A DNA stretch of 59,195 nucleotides from Candidatus Moranbacteria bacterium GW2011_GWE2_36_40 (GCA_000991645.1 LBRX01000003.1:1-59195), one strand, 5' to 3'; counted from the stretch's first letter, positions 26,874 through 36,675 are shown. The notes: a model not told the origin generated them from the sequence alone. A program made the numbers and translations.

Positions 26874-27001
26874 CCCGGTAGTAGAAATTCAAATGGGCTT
26901 TGCCCAAAAAATCTCGTCTTTTTAATTTTTATTTTATATGTTATTTAAAATTTCTATAATTTCATAAGTTAAATTAATCTTTTTGAATTTTCACTACCGG
27001 G
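26874..27001. repeat. ~128-bp element bounded by 20-bp inverted repeats
   Basis: Left end cccggtagtagaaattcaaa matches the reverse complement of the right end, cccggtagtgaaaattcaaa, at 18 of 20 positions. It abuts the aminoacylase start codon. Confidence 0.65.
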
Positions 27002-27039
27002 CATACATTTTTATTTTAAAAAGTTTATTTTATAGGTAT

Positions 27040-27068
27040 ATTATACTATTTTTGCCTATAATTGACAA
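27040..27068 (-). promoter_or_regulatory. candidate promoter (TTGTCA-17-TATAAT) for the aminoacylase gene
   Basis: Minus strand reads ttgtca attataggcaaaaatag tataat. Confidence 0.5.
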
Positions 27069-27161
27069 CCAAATGTGAATTAAAAAATTAAAAGCCTGCG
27101 TTTAAACAACAGACTTTCAAATAAAAACTATAGGAAATAATTGGTAATAAAAATATATTTT

Positions 27162-27845
27162 TTAGATCCACTTCTTCGCCTCCAGCCCAAGACGTGCAGC
27201 TTCTCGTTGAGCCTCTTGCTTTGAGTTACCTTCTCCTTCAGCCACCAATTCATCTCCCAGATAAACTCCAACCACAAAATGCTTATCGTGATCAGGCCCC
27301 CATTCTTTAATAACTTTATATGAAGGAGTAACCTTGCTATTCTCTTGAGCCTTTTCCTGAAAAAAACTCTTTGGATCAAGGTATAATTTCTTTTCCAAAA
27401 TCTCAGCCAATCTTGTTGCCACATTTGCCAAAACAAATTTTTTCGCAGAGTCATATCCCTGATCAAGATGAATTGACCCAATAATAGCCTCCAGCGCATT
27501 AGCCAACAAATATTGCCTAGCACGACCCTTATCCTTTGCTTCTCCGCGACTCATCAATAGATATTTTTCCACCCCAATTTCCTGAGCCACGTGTGCAAGC
27601 ATTTCTCCGTTAACAAGTGCACTCCTCCAACTTGTAAGTTCACCTTCTGGATTCTTATAATTATTATACAAATATTCTGTAATTATAAGTTCCAAGACAG
27701 CATCCCCCAAAAATTCCAGACGCTCATTGTGATCAAGTGCATAATCACGATTTTCATTCAAATAACTACGATGAGTTACCGCCTGCCTTAGCAATTCAAT
27801 ATCATTAAATTTAACACCAATTTTTTTAGCCAAAGACTCAACCAT
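27162..27845 (-). CDS. rnc: ribonuclease III
   Basis: ..HNERLEFLGDAVLE.. RNase III signature plus a C-terminal dsRBD (..GPDHDKHFVVGVYL..GEGNSKQEAQREAA..). The track start at 27902 lies in an aatttcg repeat; ATG 27845 (MVESLAKK) is preferred. Confidence 0.9.
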   Translation of the reverse strand: MVESLAKKIGVKFNDIELLRQAVTHRSYLNENRDYALDHNERLEFLGDAVLELIITEYLYNNYKNPEGELTSWRSALVNGEMLAHVAQEIGVEKYLLMSRGEAKDKGRARQYLLANALEAIIGSIHLDQGYDSAKKFVLANVATRLAEILEKKLYLDPKSFFQEKAQENSKVTPSYKVIKEWGPDHDKHFVVGVYLGDELVAEGEGNSKQEAQREAARLGLEAKKWI

Positions 27846-27992
27846 AAAATAAAAAATTTCGAATTTCGAATTTCGAATTTCGAAACAAATCCTAATGACC
27901 AAATTCTTAGTCCGCCAGCTGGCGGAAAAAATTAGAACATTAAAAATTCATTTCAAATTAAAAATTTTAAATTAAAAATTTTAAAAAACTAA

Positions 27993-28502
27993 TTATTGCG
28001 CTTCATTTTTTTCCTCCTCCACTTTTTCTATCTTTTCTTCAGATATTTCCTTGTGTTTCTTAGTGCTATCATCTTTCATCGGTTCGCCCATTTCACGATA
28101 AATAGTGCCAAGAACACCGTTAACAAAACGTGCACTACTCTCTCCGCCAAAAGTTTTGGCAAGCTCAATTGATTCATTGATAGCAACTTTTGGGGGAACC
28201 TCTCCATAATTTCCATGCATAAGTTCAAAAATACCCAAACGCAAGATATTTCTATCTATAATCGTAACTTGATCAAGTGGCCATTCAGGAGCACATTTCT
28301 CAATCAAAGCATCAATCAATGATCTTTTTTTCAATGTTCCATTAACCAATGCATCAACGAAACCAGATTCTTCAATTCCAGGTGCAAATTCTTTTACATT
28401 ACGAGAAATAATCTCATCAATTTGATTATCATGTCTACCTTGAAAATCCCACTCAAAAAGAGCCTGCATTGCTACCGAACGTTGAAGGTGCCTGTTCGCC
28501 AT
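27993..28502 (-). CDS. nusB: transcription antitermination factor NusB with an acidic C-terminal tail
   Basis: ..[13 protein letters not shown].., ..[12 protein letters not shown].., ..[23 protein letters not shown]... Confidence 0.88.
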   Translation of the reverse strand: MANRHLQRSVAMQALFEWDFQGRHDNQIDEIISRNVKEFAPGIEESGFVDALVNGTLKKRSLIDALIEKCAPEWPLDQVTIIDRNILRLGIFELMHGNYGEVPPKVAINESIELAKTFGGESSARFVNGVLGTIYREMGEPMKDDSTKKHKEISEEKIEKVEEEKNEAQ

Positions 28503-28510
28503 GTTTGTTT

Positions 28511-28604
28511 ACCGATACGAAACTACGAAACGTACACAAATCTACGAAAACATTTTTTGCATTTTGTTCGCAGATTCGAATGTCATTCGTTGTTTCGAAT
28601 CGCG
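28511..28604. repeat. ~95-bp ACGAAA palindromic element, copy A
   Basis: accgatacgaaactacgaaacgtacacaaatctacgaaaa..ttttgttcgcagattcgaatgtcattcgttgtttcgaatcgcg. The arms are imperfect reverse complements. Confidence 0.85.
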
Positions 28605-28607
28605 TTT

Positions 28608-28802
28608 TTATTTTTTTGCTACTTTTTTAACTGTATTCACAACCTCATTTCCCTTATAGAAGCCACAATGCGGACAAACTCTGTGTGCAAGTTTGTCTTT
28701 GCCGCATTTTGAACAAGTCTGAGTTTTTACTTGCTCAATTGCAAAACGATCACGTTTTGCATCCCTTCTTTGTTTTGTGTGTCGTTGTTTTGGTACTGAC
28801 AT
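28608..28802 (-). CDS. rpmF: 50S ribosomal protein L32
   Basis: MSVPKQRHTKQRRD.. N-terminus and CSKCG..CPHCG zinc ribbon. Confidence 0.9.
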   Translation of the reverse strand: MSVPKQRHTKQRRDAKRDRFAIEQVKTQTCSKCGKDKLAHRVCPHCGFYKGNEVVNTVKKVAKK

Positions 28803-28972
28803 AAAATTAGTTCTTAAAGTTCGTAAAGTTTATAAAGTTCATAAAGTTTAACAAAATACCTTTATTACAGCCTTAATAAATCCCAGAACATTTTTAATTA
28901 ACAGCTATTTAACTAATAACTAATTTACCATTAAATATTTATTTTGGCAAGATTTAGCAATATTTTGCAACA

Positions 28973-29695
28973 TTATCTCAGGGATGGGTCAAATCCCACA
29001 GCCAGAAGCTCATTAATCGCTTTTTTGACTGGAGCAAATGATTTTCGATGAATTTCACAAGGCCCATATTTAGACAAGGCAGCCATATGCATCTTTGTTC
29101 CATATCCCTTGTGCTTATCCAGGCCATATTGAGGATATTTAAGATGAAACTCTTGCATCATTCTGTCGCGTGTAACTTTTGCAACAATCGAAGCTGCTGA
29201 AATTGATTTTACCAATTTATCCCCTCCCACCACAGCATATTGCTCCATTGAAAGATTCGGGATCTGTTTATTGCCATCCACAAGAACTACGTATCTTGGT
29301 TCTACATTACCCCAAATTTCCTTTCCCATGTTCCGCTTAAGTTCCTGAATTGCTTTTTTCATCGACAAAAAACTTGCTTCCAAAATATTTATACGATCAA
29401 TTGTTTCATGATCACAAAGTCCAATTCCAATATAAAAATTCTCACAAATAAAATCAAAAACTTCTTCGCGCTGCTTTTCGGAAACTTTTTTAGAATCCCT
29501 AATAAGATCGAATTGCTTCTGTTTATCAGCAGAAATTTCAAAGTTAATGTCCTTAAACATAGCAGCACATGCCAAAACCGGACCACAAAGCGGTCCACGT
29601 CCGACCTCATCAGTCCCAATAATGTGAGTAAATCCCTTAGCAGCAAAGTCTTTTTCTAAAATAAAAGTGGAATTTTGCATATAAGGATAGTACAT
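28973..29695 (-). CDS. rnhB: ribonuclease HII
   Basis: ..IIGTDEVGRGPLCGPV.., ..DSKKVSEKQRE.., ..ASIVAKVTRD... Confidence 0.9.
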   Translation of the reverse strand: MYYPYMQNSTFILEKDFAAKGFTHIIGTDEVGRGPLCGPVLACAAMFKDINFEISADKQKQFDLIRDSKKVSEKQREEVFDFICENFYIGIGLCDHETIDRINILEASFLSMKKAIQELKRNMGKEIWGNVEPRYVVLVDGNKQIPNLSMEQYAVVGGDKLVKSISAASIVAKVTRDRMMQEFHLKYPQYGLDKHKGYGTKMHMAALSKYGPCEIHRKSFAPVKKAINELLAVGFDPSLR

Positions 29696-29979
29696 CTTAT
29701 TTTGTATTTTGTATATAATGTGATATTATTAAATCATTAAAATATCTTGCAAAACCCAATGGCCTTGTCCCTGGGGGATGGAGATAAAATAAGCATATGA
29801 ACAAGATTTATTTTTCAATATATTAATATCTGCATTTTATAGCCCACTATTTATAGTGAGGTTTTTTAATTTCTAATTTCCAATTCCTAATTTCTAAACA
29901 ATTTTCAATGACACAATTTCAAAATTTAAAAATTGATTCATTGTTTGAAAATTGAAAATTGAAAATTGAAAATTTTCCC

Positions 29980-32900
29980 ATGAAGTATACTCATCTCCAC
30001 GTCCATTCTCACTATAGTCTTCTTGATGGTCTCGGCAAAGTCGACGATCTGATTGATCGCGCCTTGGAATTAGGGATGGATTCGATTGCACTTACTGATC
30101 ACGGCGTTATGTATGGTGCGGTGGAACTTTTTATCAAAGCAAAGGAGAAAGGAATCAAGGCAATCATTGGTTGTGAAATGTATGTGACAGCTGGCGATTA
30201 TACCTCAAAAGACGCGACCGCTGAAAATCGCAAGAGGTATCACCTAATTTTGCTAGTAAAAAATGAAGAAGGATATCACAACCTCATGAAACTTGTTTCC
30301 CTGGCGCATTTGGATGGGTTTTATTATAAGCCAAGAATTAATAGAAAACTTCTGAGAAAATATGCCAAAGGTTTAATTGGTTTATCTGCCTGCACAGAAG
30401 GAGAAATTCCCGCTCAAATTATCATGGGAAATTATGACAAAGCTAAAGAATTAGCTTTGGAATACAAAGATATTTTTGATGAAGGAGGTTTTTTTCTGGA
30501 AGTTCAAGATCATAAAAAATATCCCAGCCAAGCAATCGCCAATGAGGGAATTTTCAAGTTAGCCAAAGAAATTGACCTGCCGGTGGTTGCCACTTGCGAC
30601 GTTCATTACGTTAACAAGGAAGATGCCAGTGCTCAAGATATTTTACTTTGCGTACAAACTAACCGTAAAGTATATGAGTCTGATCGTATGAATCTGATGG
30701 ATTTTGATTTATCTTTGCGTAGTCCTGAAGAAGTTTTGGCAGGCTTTCCTGACAATCCAGAAGTGCTTTCCAACACACAACTTGTCGTTGACCAATGCGA
30801 TTTCAAAATAAAAATGGGAGAAACACAACTTCCCCATTTTGATGTGCCAGAGGGAAAAACAGACATGTCATATCTGATTGAACTTTGCGAAAAAGGTCTC
30901 AAGAAAAAATATGGCGAAAATATCACAGAAATTCATCGCACACGTATGGACTACGAACTTTCTGTTATTGAAAAATGCGGATATGGATCATATTTCTTAA
31001 TTGTACAGGATTTCGTTAACTGGGCACGTGCCAATGGAATCGTGGTGGGTCCGGGACGCGGAAGCGCGGCTGGCAGTTTTGTTTCATATTTAACTGGAAT
31101 TACCAATGTTGATCCAATTGAATATAACTTACTTTTTGAACGATTTCTTAATCCAGAACGTGTCTCAATGCCCGATGTTGATATGGATTTTGCCGACGAC
31201 AGAAGAGAAGATGTTTTAAATTATGTTCGTCAAAAATATGGCAACGATCATGTTTCACAAATAATTACTTTTGGAACTATGGCAGCCCGCGCCGCAATTC
31301 GAGACACCGGCAGAGCGTTAGGAATTCCCTATGATTTTTGCAACAAAACTTCTCAAATGATTCCGATGTTTACTTCGATTAAAAAAGCATTAGAAGAAGT
31401 TCCAGAATTTAAAGACCATTACAATTCCTCTGAAGATGCTCGGAAGCTCATCGACAGCGCAATGCGATTAGAAGGCGTCATTAGACATGCTGGAATGCAT
31501 GCTTGTGGAGTTGTGATTACCAAAGAACCCGTGACGTATTATTCCCCTATTCAAAACATTACTGGATCGCGAGAAGGCACCGTAACGCAATATTCTTCTT
31601 CAACCAAATCTTCTTACGTAGAAAAAATTGGATTATTAAAGATGGACTTTTTGGGATTAAAAAATCTTACCATTATTCAAAATACTCTGCGAATTGTTAA
31701 AAAAACCAAGGGTATCGATATCGATATCGACACCATTCCGATTGATGATTTAAAGACCTACGAACTTTTGCAAGAAGCACGAACTACCGGAGTTTTTCAA
31801 TTAGAAAGTTCTGGCATGAAACGTTACCTCAAGATGCTAAAACCAACGGTTATCGAAGATATCATCGCGATGGTAGCACTCTATCGTCCTGGGCCAATGG
31901 ATTGGATTCCTGATTTTATTTCCGGCAAACATGGACGAAAAATAAAATATGTTCATCCAAAACTTGAACCAATTTTGAAAAATACTTATGGCGTAGCTGT
32001 CTATCAAGAACAGGTTATGCAAATTGCTCGCGACTTGGCAGGATTTACCATGGGTGAAGCTGATGTGCTGAGAAAAGCAATGGGAAAGAAAATTTTTGAA
32101 TTAATTAAGGAGCAAAAAATAAAATTCGTTGAGGGCTGCGTGGCTAATGGCAGCACAAAAGAAATAGCAGAAAAAGTTTTTTCTTTTATTGAACCTTTTG
32201 CTGGATACGGTTTTAACAGAAGTCATGCTGCTTGTTATGCAATCATTGGATATCAAACAGCTTATCTTAAAGCTCATTATCCAGCGGCTTTCATGGCAGC
32301 ACTGCAAACATCTGATCAAGATAACATTGATCGCATCGCCATTGAAGCTGCTGAATGCCACGACATGGGCATTCAAGTTCTTGCGCCAAATGTTAATGAA
32401 AGTTTTGAAGATTTCGCAGTAATCACAGATACTGGCGGAACAGAAAAAATTCGATTTGGATTTAATGCAATTAAAAATGTTGGTCATGTCATAGCACATG
32501 AAATTGTGGCAGAAAGAAAACGTGGAGGAAAATTCAAATCATTGGGAGATTTTTTGGAACGCGTAGAAACAAAAGATCTCAACAAAAAATCTATCGATGC
32601 GTTGGCAAAAGTTGGTGCACTCGATGAACTTGGAGAACGAAATCAAATCGTGGAAAGCATGGAGCAAATTTTAATGTTCACAAAAAGTGTACAAAAATCA
32701 AAAAATTCAAACCAAGTAAGTTTATTTGGAGAAGCCATCCTGGAAACACCACAAGTCCCACTGCTTGAAGTTGAGCCAGCCTCAAAAAGACAACAACTAA
32801 AATGGGAAAAAGAGTTGCTTGGTCTTTATGTAAGTGGACATCCCGTTAAAGAATACCAATCCTATATTGATAAGGTGGCCGTTTCACTGGACAAATTAAC

Positions 32901-33522
32901 TCCAGAATTGGTTGGACAAAAAATTGCTGTCGGTGGAGTAATTCAAAAAATTCAAAAAATTCTAACCAAGCGCCAGGAAACCATGCTTTTTGTGATGCTT
33001 GAAGACACCAAAGGAAAAATAGAAGTCTTGGTTTTTCCAAAAGTGTTGGAACGAATTGGAAGTGTTTGGGAAGAAGAAAGAATGATTATTGCAGAAGGCA
33101 GACTTTCTGATAAAGATGGTGTTTACAAATTAATTGTCGACGAAGCCAAGGAACTCAATCGCGGTGAGATTGAAAATTATTTGCGAGTGGAAGCTACAAA
33201 AAAAACTTACGGAGTTAGAGATGATAACGACAAAAATAAACCGCCTTCTCAAGCTGGAGACAGCGGAAATCAACAAACAATTAACAACGATTCACCAGAA
33301 CAATCAACCAGAAAATTAGTAATTACCTTACCCAAAAATGCCACGCCGGAAATAATCCACAATTTATCAAAATTTTTCAACACTTGTGCTATTGGACCCT
33401 GCAAAGTATTTTTGCATCATCAAGAAAACAAGCTTGAAACACCTTTTTCCATTAAGCATAGTCCGACACTTTTAGATGAAATCAAAACAATCGTAAACGG
33501 CGGAAACGCAGAGCTGGCTTAA
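29980..33522 (+). CDS. dnaE: DNA polymerase III alpha subunit
   Basis: PHP motif MKYTHLHVHSHYSLLDG, ..PGRGSAAGSFVSY.., ..MPDVDMDF... The first 7 codons of the track ORF (from 29959) lie inside the gaaaatt array, so ATG 29980 is preferred. Confidence 0.95.
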   Translation: MKYTHLHVHSHYSLLDGLGKVDDLIDRALELGMDSIALTDHGVMYGAVELFIKAKEKGIKAIIGCEMYVTAGDYTSKDATAENRKRYHLILLVKNEEGYHNLMKLVSLAHLDGFYYKPRINRKLLRKYAKGLIGLSACTEGEIPAQIIMGNYDKAKELALEYKDIFDEGGFFLEVQDHKKYPSQAIANEGIFKLAKEIDLPVVATCDVHYVNKEDASAQDILLCVQTNRKVYESDRMNLMDFDLSLRSPEEVLAGFPDNPEVLSNTQLVVDQCDFKIKMGETQLPHFDVPEGKTDMSYLIELCEKGLKKKYGENITEIHRTRMDYELSVIEKCGYGSYFLIVQDFVNWARANGIVVGPGRGSAAGSFVSYLTGITNVDPIEYNLLFERFLNPERVSMPDVDMDFADDRREDVLNYVRQKYGNDHVSQIITFGTMAARAAIRDTGRALGIPYDFCNKTSQMIPMFTSIKKALEEVPEFKDHYNSSEDARKLIDSAMRLEGVIRHAGMHACGVVITKEPVTYYSPIQNITGSREGTVTQYSSSTKSSYVEKIGLLKMDFLGLKNLTIIQNTLRIVKKTKGIDIDIDTIPIDDLKTYELLQEARTTGVFQLESSGMKRYLKMLKPTVIEDIIAMVALYRPGPMDWIPDFISGKHGRKIKYVHPKLEPILKNTYGVAVYQEQVMQIARDLAGFTMGEADVLRKAMGKKIFELIKEQKIKFVEGCVANGSTKEIAEKVFSFIEPFAGYGFNRSHAACYAIIGYQTAYLKAHYPAAFMAALQTSDQDNIDRIAIEAAECHDMGIQVLAPNVNESFEDFAVITDTGGTEKIRFGFNAIKNVGHVIAHEIVAERKRGGKFKSLGDFLERVETKDLNKKSIDALAKVGALDELGERNQIVESMEQILMFTKSVQKSKNSNQVSLFGEAILETPQVPLLEVEPASKRQQLKWEKELLGLYVSGHPVKEYQSYIDKVAVSLDKLTPELVGQKIAVGGVIQKIQKILTKRQETMLFVMLEDTKGKIEVLVFPKVLERIGSVWEEERMIIAEGRLSDKDGVYKLIVDEAKELNRGEIENYLRVEATKKTYGVRDDNDKNKPPSQAGDSGNQQTINNDSPEQSTRKLVITLPKNATPEIIHNLSKFFNTCAIGPCKVFLHHQENKLETPFSIKHSPTLLDEIKTIVNGGNAELA

Positions 33523-33631
33523 TCCTAAAACAAAAAAACCAAGTAACATACGACCGCTGATTTTTGGTTTTTTTGTTAAAATAAAAAATGCTGCATTCAT
33601 AAATAAACAGACATACAAATTTAAGATATTT

Positions 33632-34701
33632 TTATACACTTTCCGTCGGCCGACGGAAAGTGTATATTTTTTCAATTTGTTTTTGAATATTGTGACCCTT
33701 GCAATGCTTTAGAATTCCCAAATAAGATTGCAGACTTTGATTAAGCTTTTTCTCTGAAATTAAACCCTCTTGGAAATCAGCATATTTCTTACCTAGCTTT
33801 TTAAACATCCTTCTTTTTGTGTTTGTCCGCAAAACTGAGTGATGCGGTCTCAAAACATATCCTAAGAAATCTATGCCTTGATGAAATTTATCAATTGAAA
33901 CCTTGCTTGGATGTAGCTGCAATTTCAATTCTTTTTCCAAAAATTCATCTATCAAATTTAAAATATCATTAAGATATGCCTCATCTTGGTGTATAATAAT
34001 AAAATCATCTGCATAACGAAAATAATTTTTCGCTTTAATTTTTCTTTTTATGAACCAGTCCAATTCATTGAGATATATATTAGCAAATATCTGCGACGTT
34101 ATATTACCAATTGGCACACCTCGTTTTTCTTCAAAAAATTCATCCCGTAAGACCCCCCCACCACGGAAACATCCTCGGAGGAAAAGCTAAGGATAATTTC
34201 TTCGACTAGTCGCATAAATTTCTCATCTGCAATCTTACACGCAATCAATTGCAAAAGTTTTCTTTGATTTATGCTGGCAAAGAATTTTTTGATGTCACAT
34301 TTTAGTGCAAAAACCGGTCGAGTAAAATTTCTACTTTCCCTGCGCAAACATTTTAAAAGATTTTTGACTGCAAGATGTGTTCCCTTGTTTTTTCTTGATG
34401 AATAAGCATGAAAAATGAAATGTGGATCAAAAATATCATTCAGCTTCTCAAACACCAAATGTTGCACGATACGATCTCTTACTGTCGCCTTACTTATAAT
34501 TCTGTGCCTCGGATCATGAATATGAAAAATTTCATATTCTCCATGTTGATATGATTGATTCTCAAGCTCTTCTTGCAAAAGAAAAAGATTATCCTCCAAA
34601 AATCTTTCAAAAATTTGCACGTCTCGCCTGCCGTGTTTTCCATTTCTAAATTCTTTCCAAGATTGAAAAATGTTTTCAAGACTAATCAATTCATCATACA
34701 T
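33632..34701 (-). CDS. DGR-type reverse transcriptase, split into two ORFs by a frameshift at a G7 run
   Basis: ..VPIGNITSQIFANIYLNELD.. and ..YFRYADDFIIIH... The ORFs 34099-34701 and 33632-34117 join as ..DVSVVGGGVLRDEFFEEKRGVPIGN.. if the C7 run at 34153-34159 (plus strand) were C8. Confidence 0.85.
33633..33666. repeat. perfect 34-bp palindrome overlapping the RT2 stop codon
   Basis: tatacactttccgtcgg|ccgacggaaagtgtata. It encodes the last 11 codons of RT2 (..IYTFRRPTESV*). Second copy at 22285-22318. Confidence 0.9.
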
Positions 34702-34707
34702 ATACTT

Positions 34708-35061
34708 ATGAACACTTATGCTAATAATGAGATTCCTGTAATCAAAAAAGTTTATACGCTTTACAAAACATTTTATGAATTTTCCAAATTATTTCCCAAA
34801 AAAGATAAGTATGTGTTAGGAAGCAAGTGCGAAGAATACATTATTGCAACTTTGGAATTGTTGCTTGCTGCCTCAAGCGCTCCCAAAAATGAGAAACAAA
34901 TTTTCATCAAACAAGCTAATATAAAATTCGATGCGCTCAAAATATTTATTCGCATTGCAAATGACATAAGGATGCTTGATACAAAAAAATATATTGCGAT
35001 TCAAAAACAGCTTCAAGAAATCGGACGCATGCTGGGCGGTTGGCAAAAATCATTGAATTAA
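34708..35061 (+). CDS. avd: Avd-like four-helix-bundle accessory protein, divergent from RT2 (6-nt gap)
   Basis: MNTYANNEIPVIKKVYTLYKTFYEFSKLFPKKDKYVLGSKCEEYIIATLELLLAA..IFIRIANDIRMLD..IGRMLGGW... Paralog of 21553-21915. Confidence 0.78.
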   Translation: MNTYANNEIPVIKKVYTLYKTFYEFSKLFPKKDKYVLGSKCEEYIIATLELLLAASSAPKNEKQIFIKQANIKFDALKIFIRIANDIRMLDTKKYIAIQKQLQEIGRMLGGWQKSLN

Positions 35062-35068
35062 AAAAGCT

Positions 35069-35096
35069 AAAGGAGCTCGCATTGAGCTCCTTTTTT
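35069..35096. terminator. hairpin plus T-run between avd2 and TR2
   Basis: aaaggagctc gcatt gagctccttt ttt. It is a strong terminator for plus-strand avd2. On the minus strand it follows TR2 with a weaker U tract. Confidence 0.7.
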
Positions 35097-35108
35097 ACAA
35101 TAGACACA

Positions 35109-35244
35109 ACCCGATGAAGAGCAAGCCAGACGAGTAGTTGTCGTTCGCATTCGCAAGGTTGTCGGTGTTGTTGAAGTTGAAGTTGTCATCGTTAGCCTTA
35201 GCGTAGAGAGAATACTCGGCGGACTGCCATGAATTTGCTTTTCT
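35109..35244 (-). repeat. DGR2 template repeat (TR2)
   Basis: The 130-nt core aligns with 35602-35731 with 7 mismatches. Six are at coding-strand adenines of this copy and one is a coding-strand C in TR versus T in VR. A 6-nt extension adds 5 more adenine-site changes. Confidence 0.88.
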
Positions 35245-35490
35245 CCTTCCATTTCACCAGAAATGAAAAATATCATCTCTTGAATTTTATTTCGCCCATT
35301 GTGAGCGCAAGAGAAAAACAAGTAGTGTCTAAGTTCTTCGCATGCTCTCTTGCAGTCTGAATTAATTCAATCTCAACGTGACAACAAGATTCTGATGCTC
35401 TATGAAGAATCATAGGATTTCGGCGACCTTGATCCATAAATCAAGATTCATTAACCTATTCTCATTTATCAATATATCAAAAATTTTTAG

Positions 35491-35527
35491 AAAAGAAAAG
35501 CGCGCAATACTTTTCAGTATCACGCGC
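35491..35527 (-). terminator. terminator of the DGR2 target gene
   Basis: gcgcgcaatac ttttca gtatcacgcgc, followed on the minus strand by ttttctttt. Confidence 0.6.
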
Positions 35528-35599
35528 ATAAAAAATTTTCTAAAGACCAAAGACCAAAATTCCGATCCAAGATCCAAAGAAAAAAAGTCCAAGAGCAGC

Positions 35600-36508
35600 C
35601 TACCCGATGAAGAGCAAGCCAGACGAGTAGCTGTCGTTCGCATCCGCAAGGTTGTCGGTGCAGTTAAAGTTGAAGTAGCCATCGTTAGCCTTAGCGTAGA
35701 GAGAATACTCGGCGGACTGCCATGAATTTGCAGCGCAGAGATATCCGGGAGTGTTGTAATTCTTTCCCAACACATCAGGATACATTGCCACAGCAGTCAT
35801 GATATCAATTGCGCCAGAAAGCAACAATGATTCCGGGAGCACGGCCATCTGCTGTCTGCCTGCATTAATAGAAAATCCTTGCGTTGGAAAAAATAATATT
35901 CCCACCACCGGACCTTCTGCCATTTTTGCAAGAAGTTTCTCGTGCCCACTACCTTCAATGATTCCTACCTTGCCAGTCAATTCTCCTTTGCGGTAGTTGT
36001 TGAAACTACGATTGGGAAATTGCTGCCTGTAAGATTTTTCCGCCACGACAAGAAAAATTTCTTCCAGACTTTTTCCGTAGTCAGTGACTTCAAGCTTCGG
36101 AAGGCAGATCGGCAACCACACGCCATTGAGCAAATTCAAAAGAAGTGAATCATTTCTCAATTGCTCAAACAACTCTTCGCTTCTTTTCGCAAATTCTTCA
36201 GTAGAAATCAACTGCATACTCTCAGCGTAAAGACTGGTCAAACTATTAATCCGCTCTGCATAGTCAATCTTCGGCTGGACAAGCTTGAAATTCTTGTTCG
36301 GATCGCAAACATTGCCAGTCAGTTCCTTCGGAATACAACGACCATTTTTATCGATGAGTTTTCTGATGACATCTTCAAAAGCCATCTTTTTTTCACCACG
36401 TAAAACTGCATCGAGATTTTCCCTACCACCAAACGCATCAACGATAGCAAGTATTGTTGGACCATCCAAACCCCTCAATTTTTCAAGAACTTCCGCTGTT
36501 GTACTCAT
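35600..36508 (-). CDS. DGR2 variable target protein (302 aa, no signal peptide)
   Basis: The C-terminus ..CAANSWQSAEYSLYAKANDGYFNFNCTDNLADANDSYSSGLLFIG* is VR2. TR2 encodes ..DDNFNFNNTDNLANANDNY.. at the same positions. Confidence 0.85.
   Translation of the reverse strand: MSTTAEVLEKLRGLDGPTILAIVDAFGGRENLDAVLRGEKKMAFEDVIRKLIDKNGRCIPKELTGNVCDPNKNFKLVQPKIDYAERINSLTSLYAESMQLISTEEFAKRSEELFEQLRNDSLLLNLLNGVWLPICLPKLEVTDYGKSLEEIFLVVAEKSYRQQFPNRSFNNYRKGELTGKVGIIEGSGHEKLLAKMAEGPVVGILFFPTQGFSINAGRQQMAVLPESLLLSGAIDIMTAVAMYPDVLGKNYNTPGYLCAANSWQSAEYSLYAKANDGYFNFNCTDNLADANDSYSSGLLFIG
35602..35737 (-). repeat. DGR2 variable repeat (VR2)
   Basis: 3' end of the target ORF, starting at the last base of the TAG stop (35600-35602). 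See TR2. Confidence 0.88.
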
Positions 36509-36599
36509 TTTGTCGCTCCTTTCAGGCTCATTTTGCCCGATTTTAATATACCCTTCGCCCCAGGGTTGAGGATCTTTTTTTAATCAAAAAGAATATATA

Positions 36600-36628
36600 A
36601 TTATACTCCTAAATTGCAAAAATGTCAA
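36600..36628 (-). promoter_or_regulatory. sigma70-type promoter of the DGR2 target (TTGACA-17-TATAAT)
   Basis: Minus strand reads ttgaca tttttgcaatttaggag tataat. Confidence 0.6.
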
Positions 36629-36642
36629 TATTGCGGTAAAAT
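36614..36642 (+). promoter_or_regulatory. candidate plus-strand promoter (TTGCAA-17-TAAAAT) for the thrS leader
   Basis: ttgcaa aaatgtcaatattgcgg taaaat, back to back with the target-2 promoter. Confidence 0.45.
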
Positions 36643-36675
36643 GCAAATAGACCTATAGTAAAAGGACAATTTAAT

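Larger units (their letters stand above)
33632..36628 (-). mobile_element. diversity-generating retroelement cassette 2
   Basis: Order is target/VR, terminator, TR, hairpin, inverted avd, RT. Same architecture as cassette 1, inserted between dnaE and the thrS leader. Confidence 0.85.
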
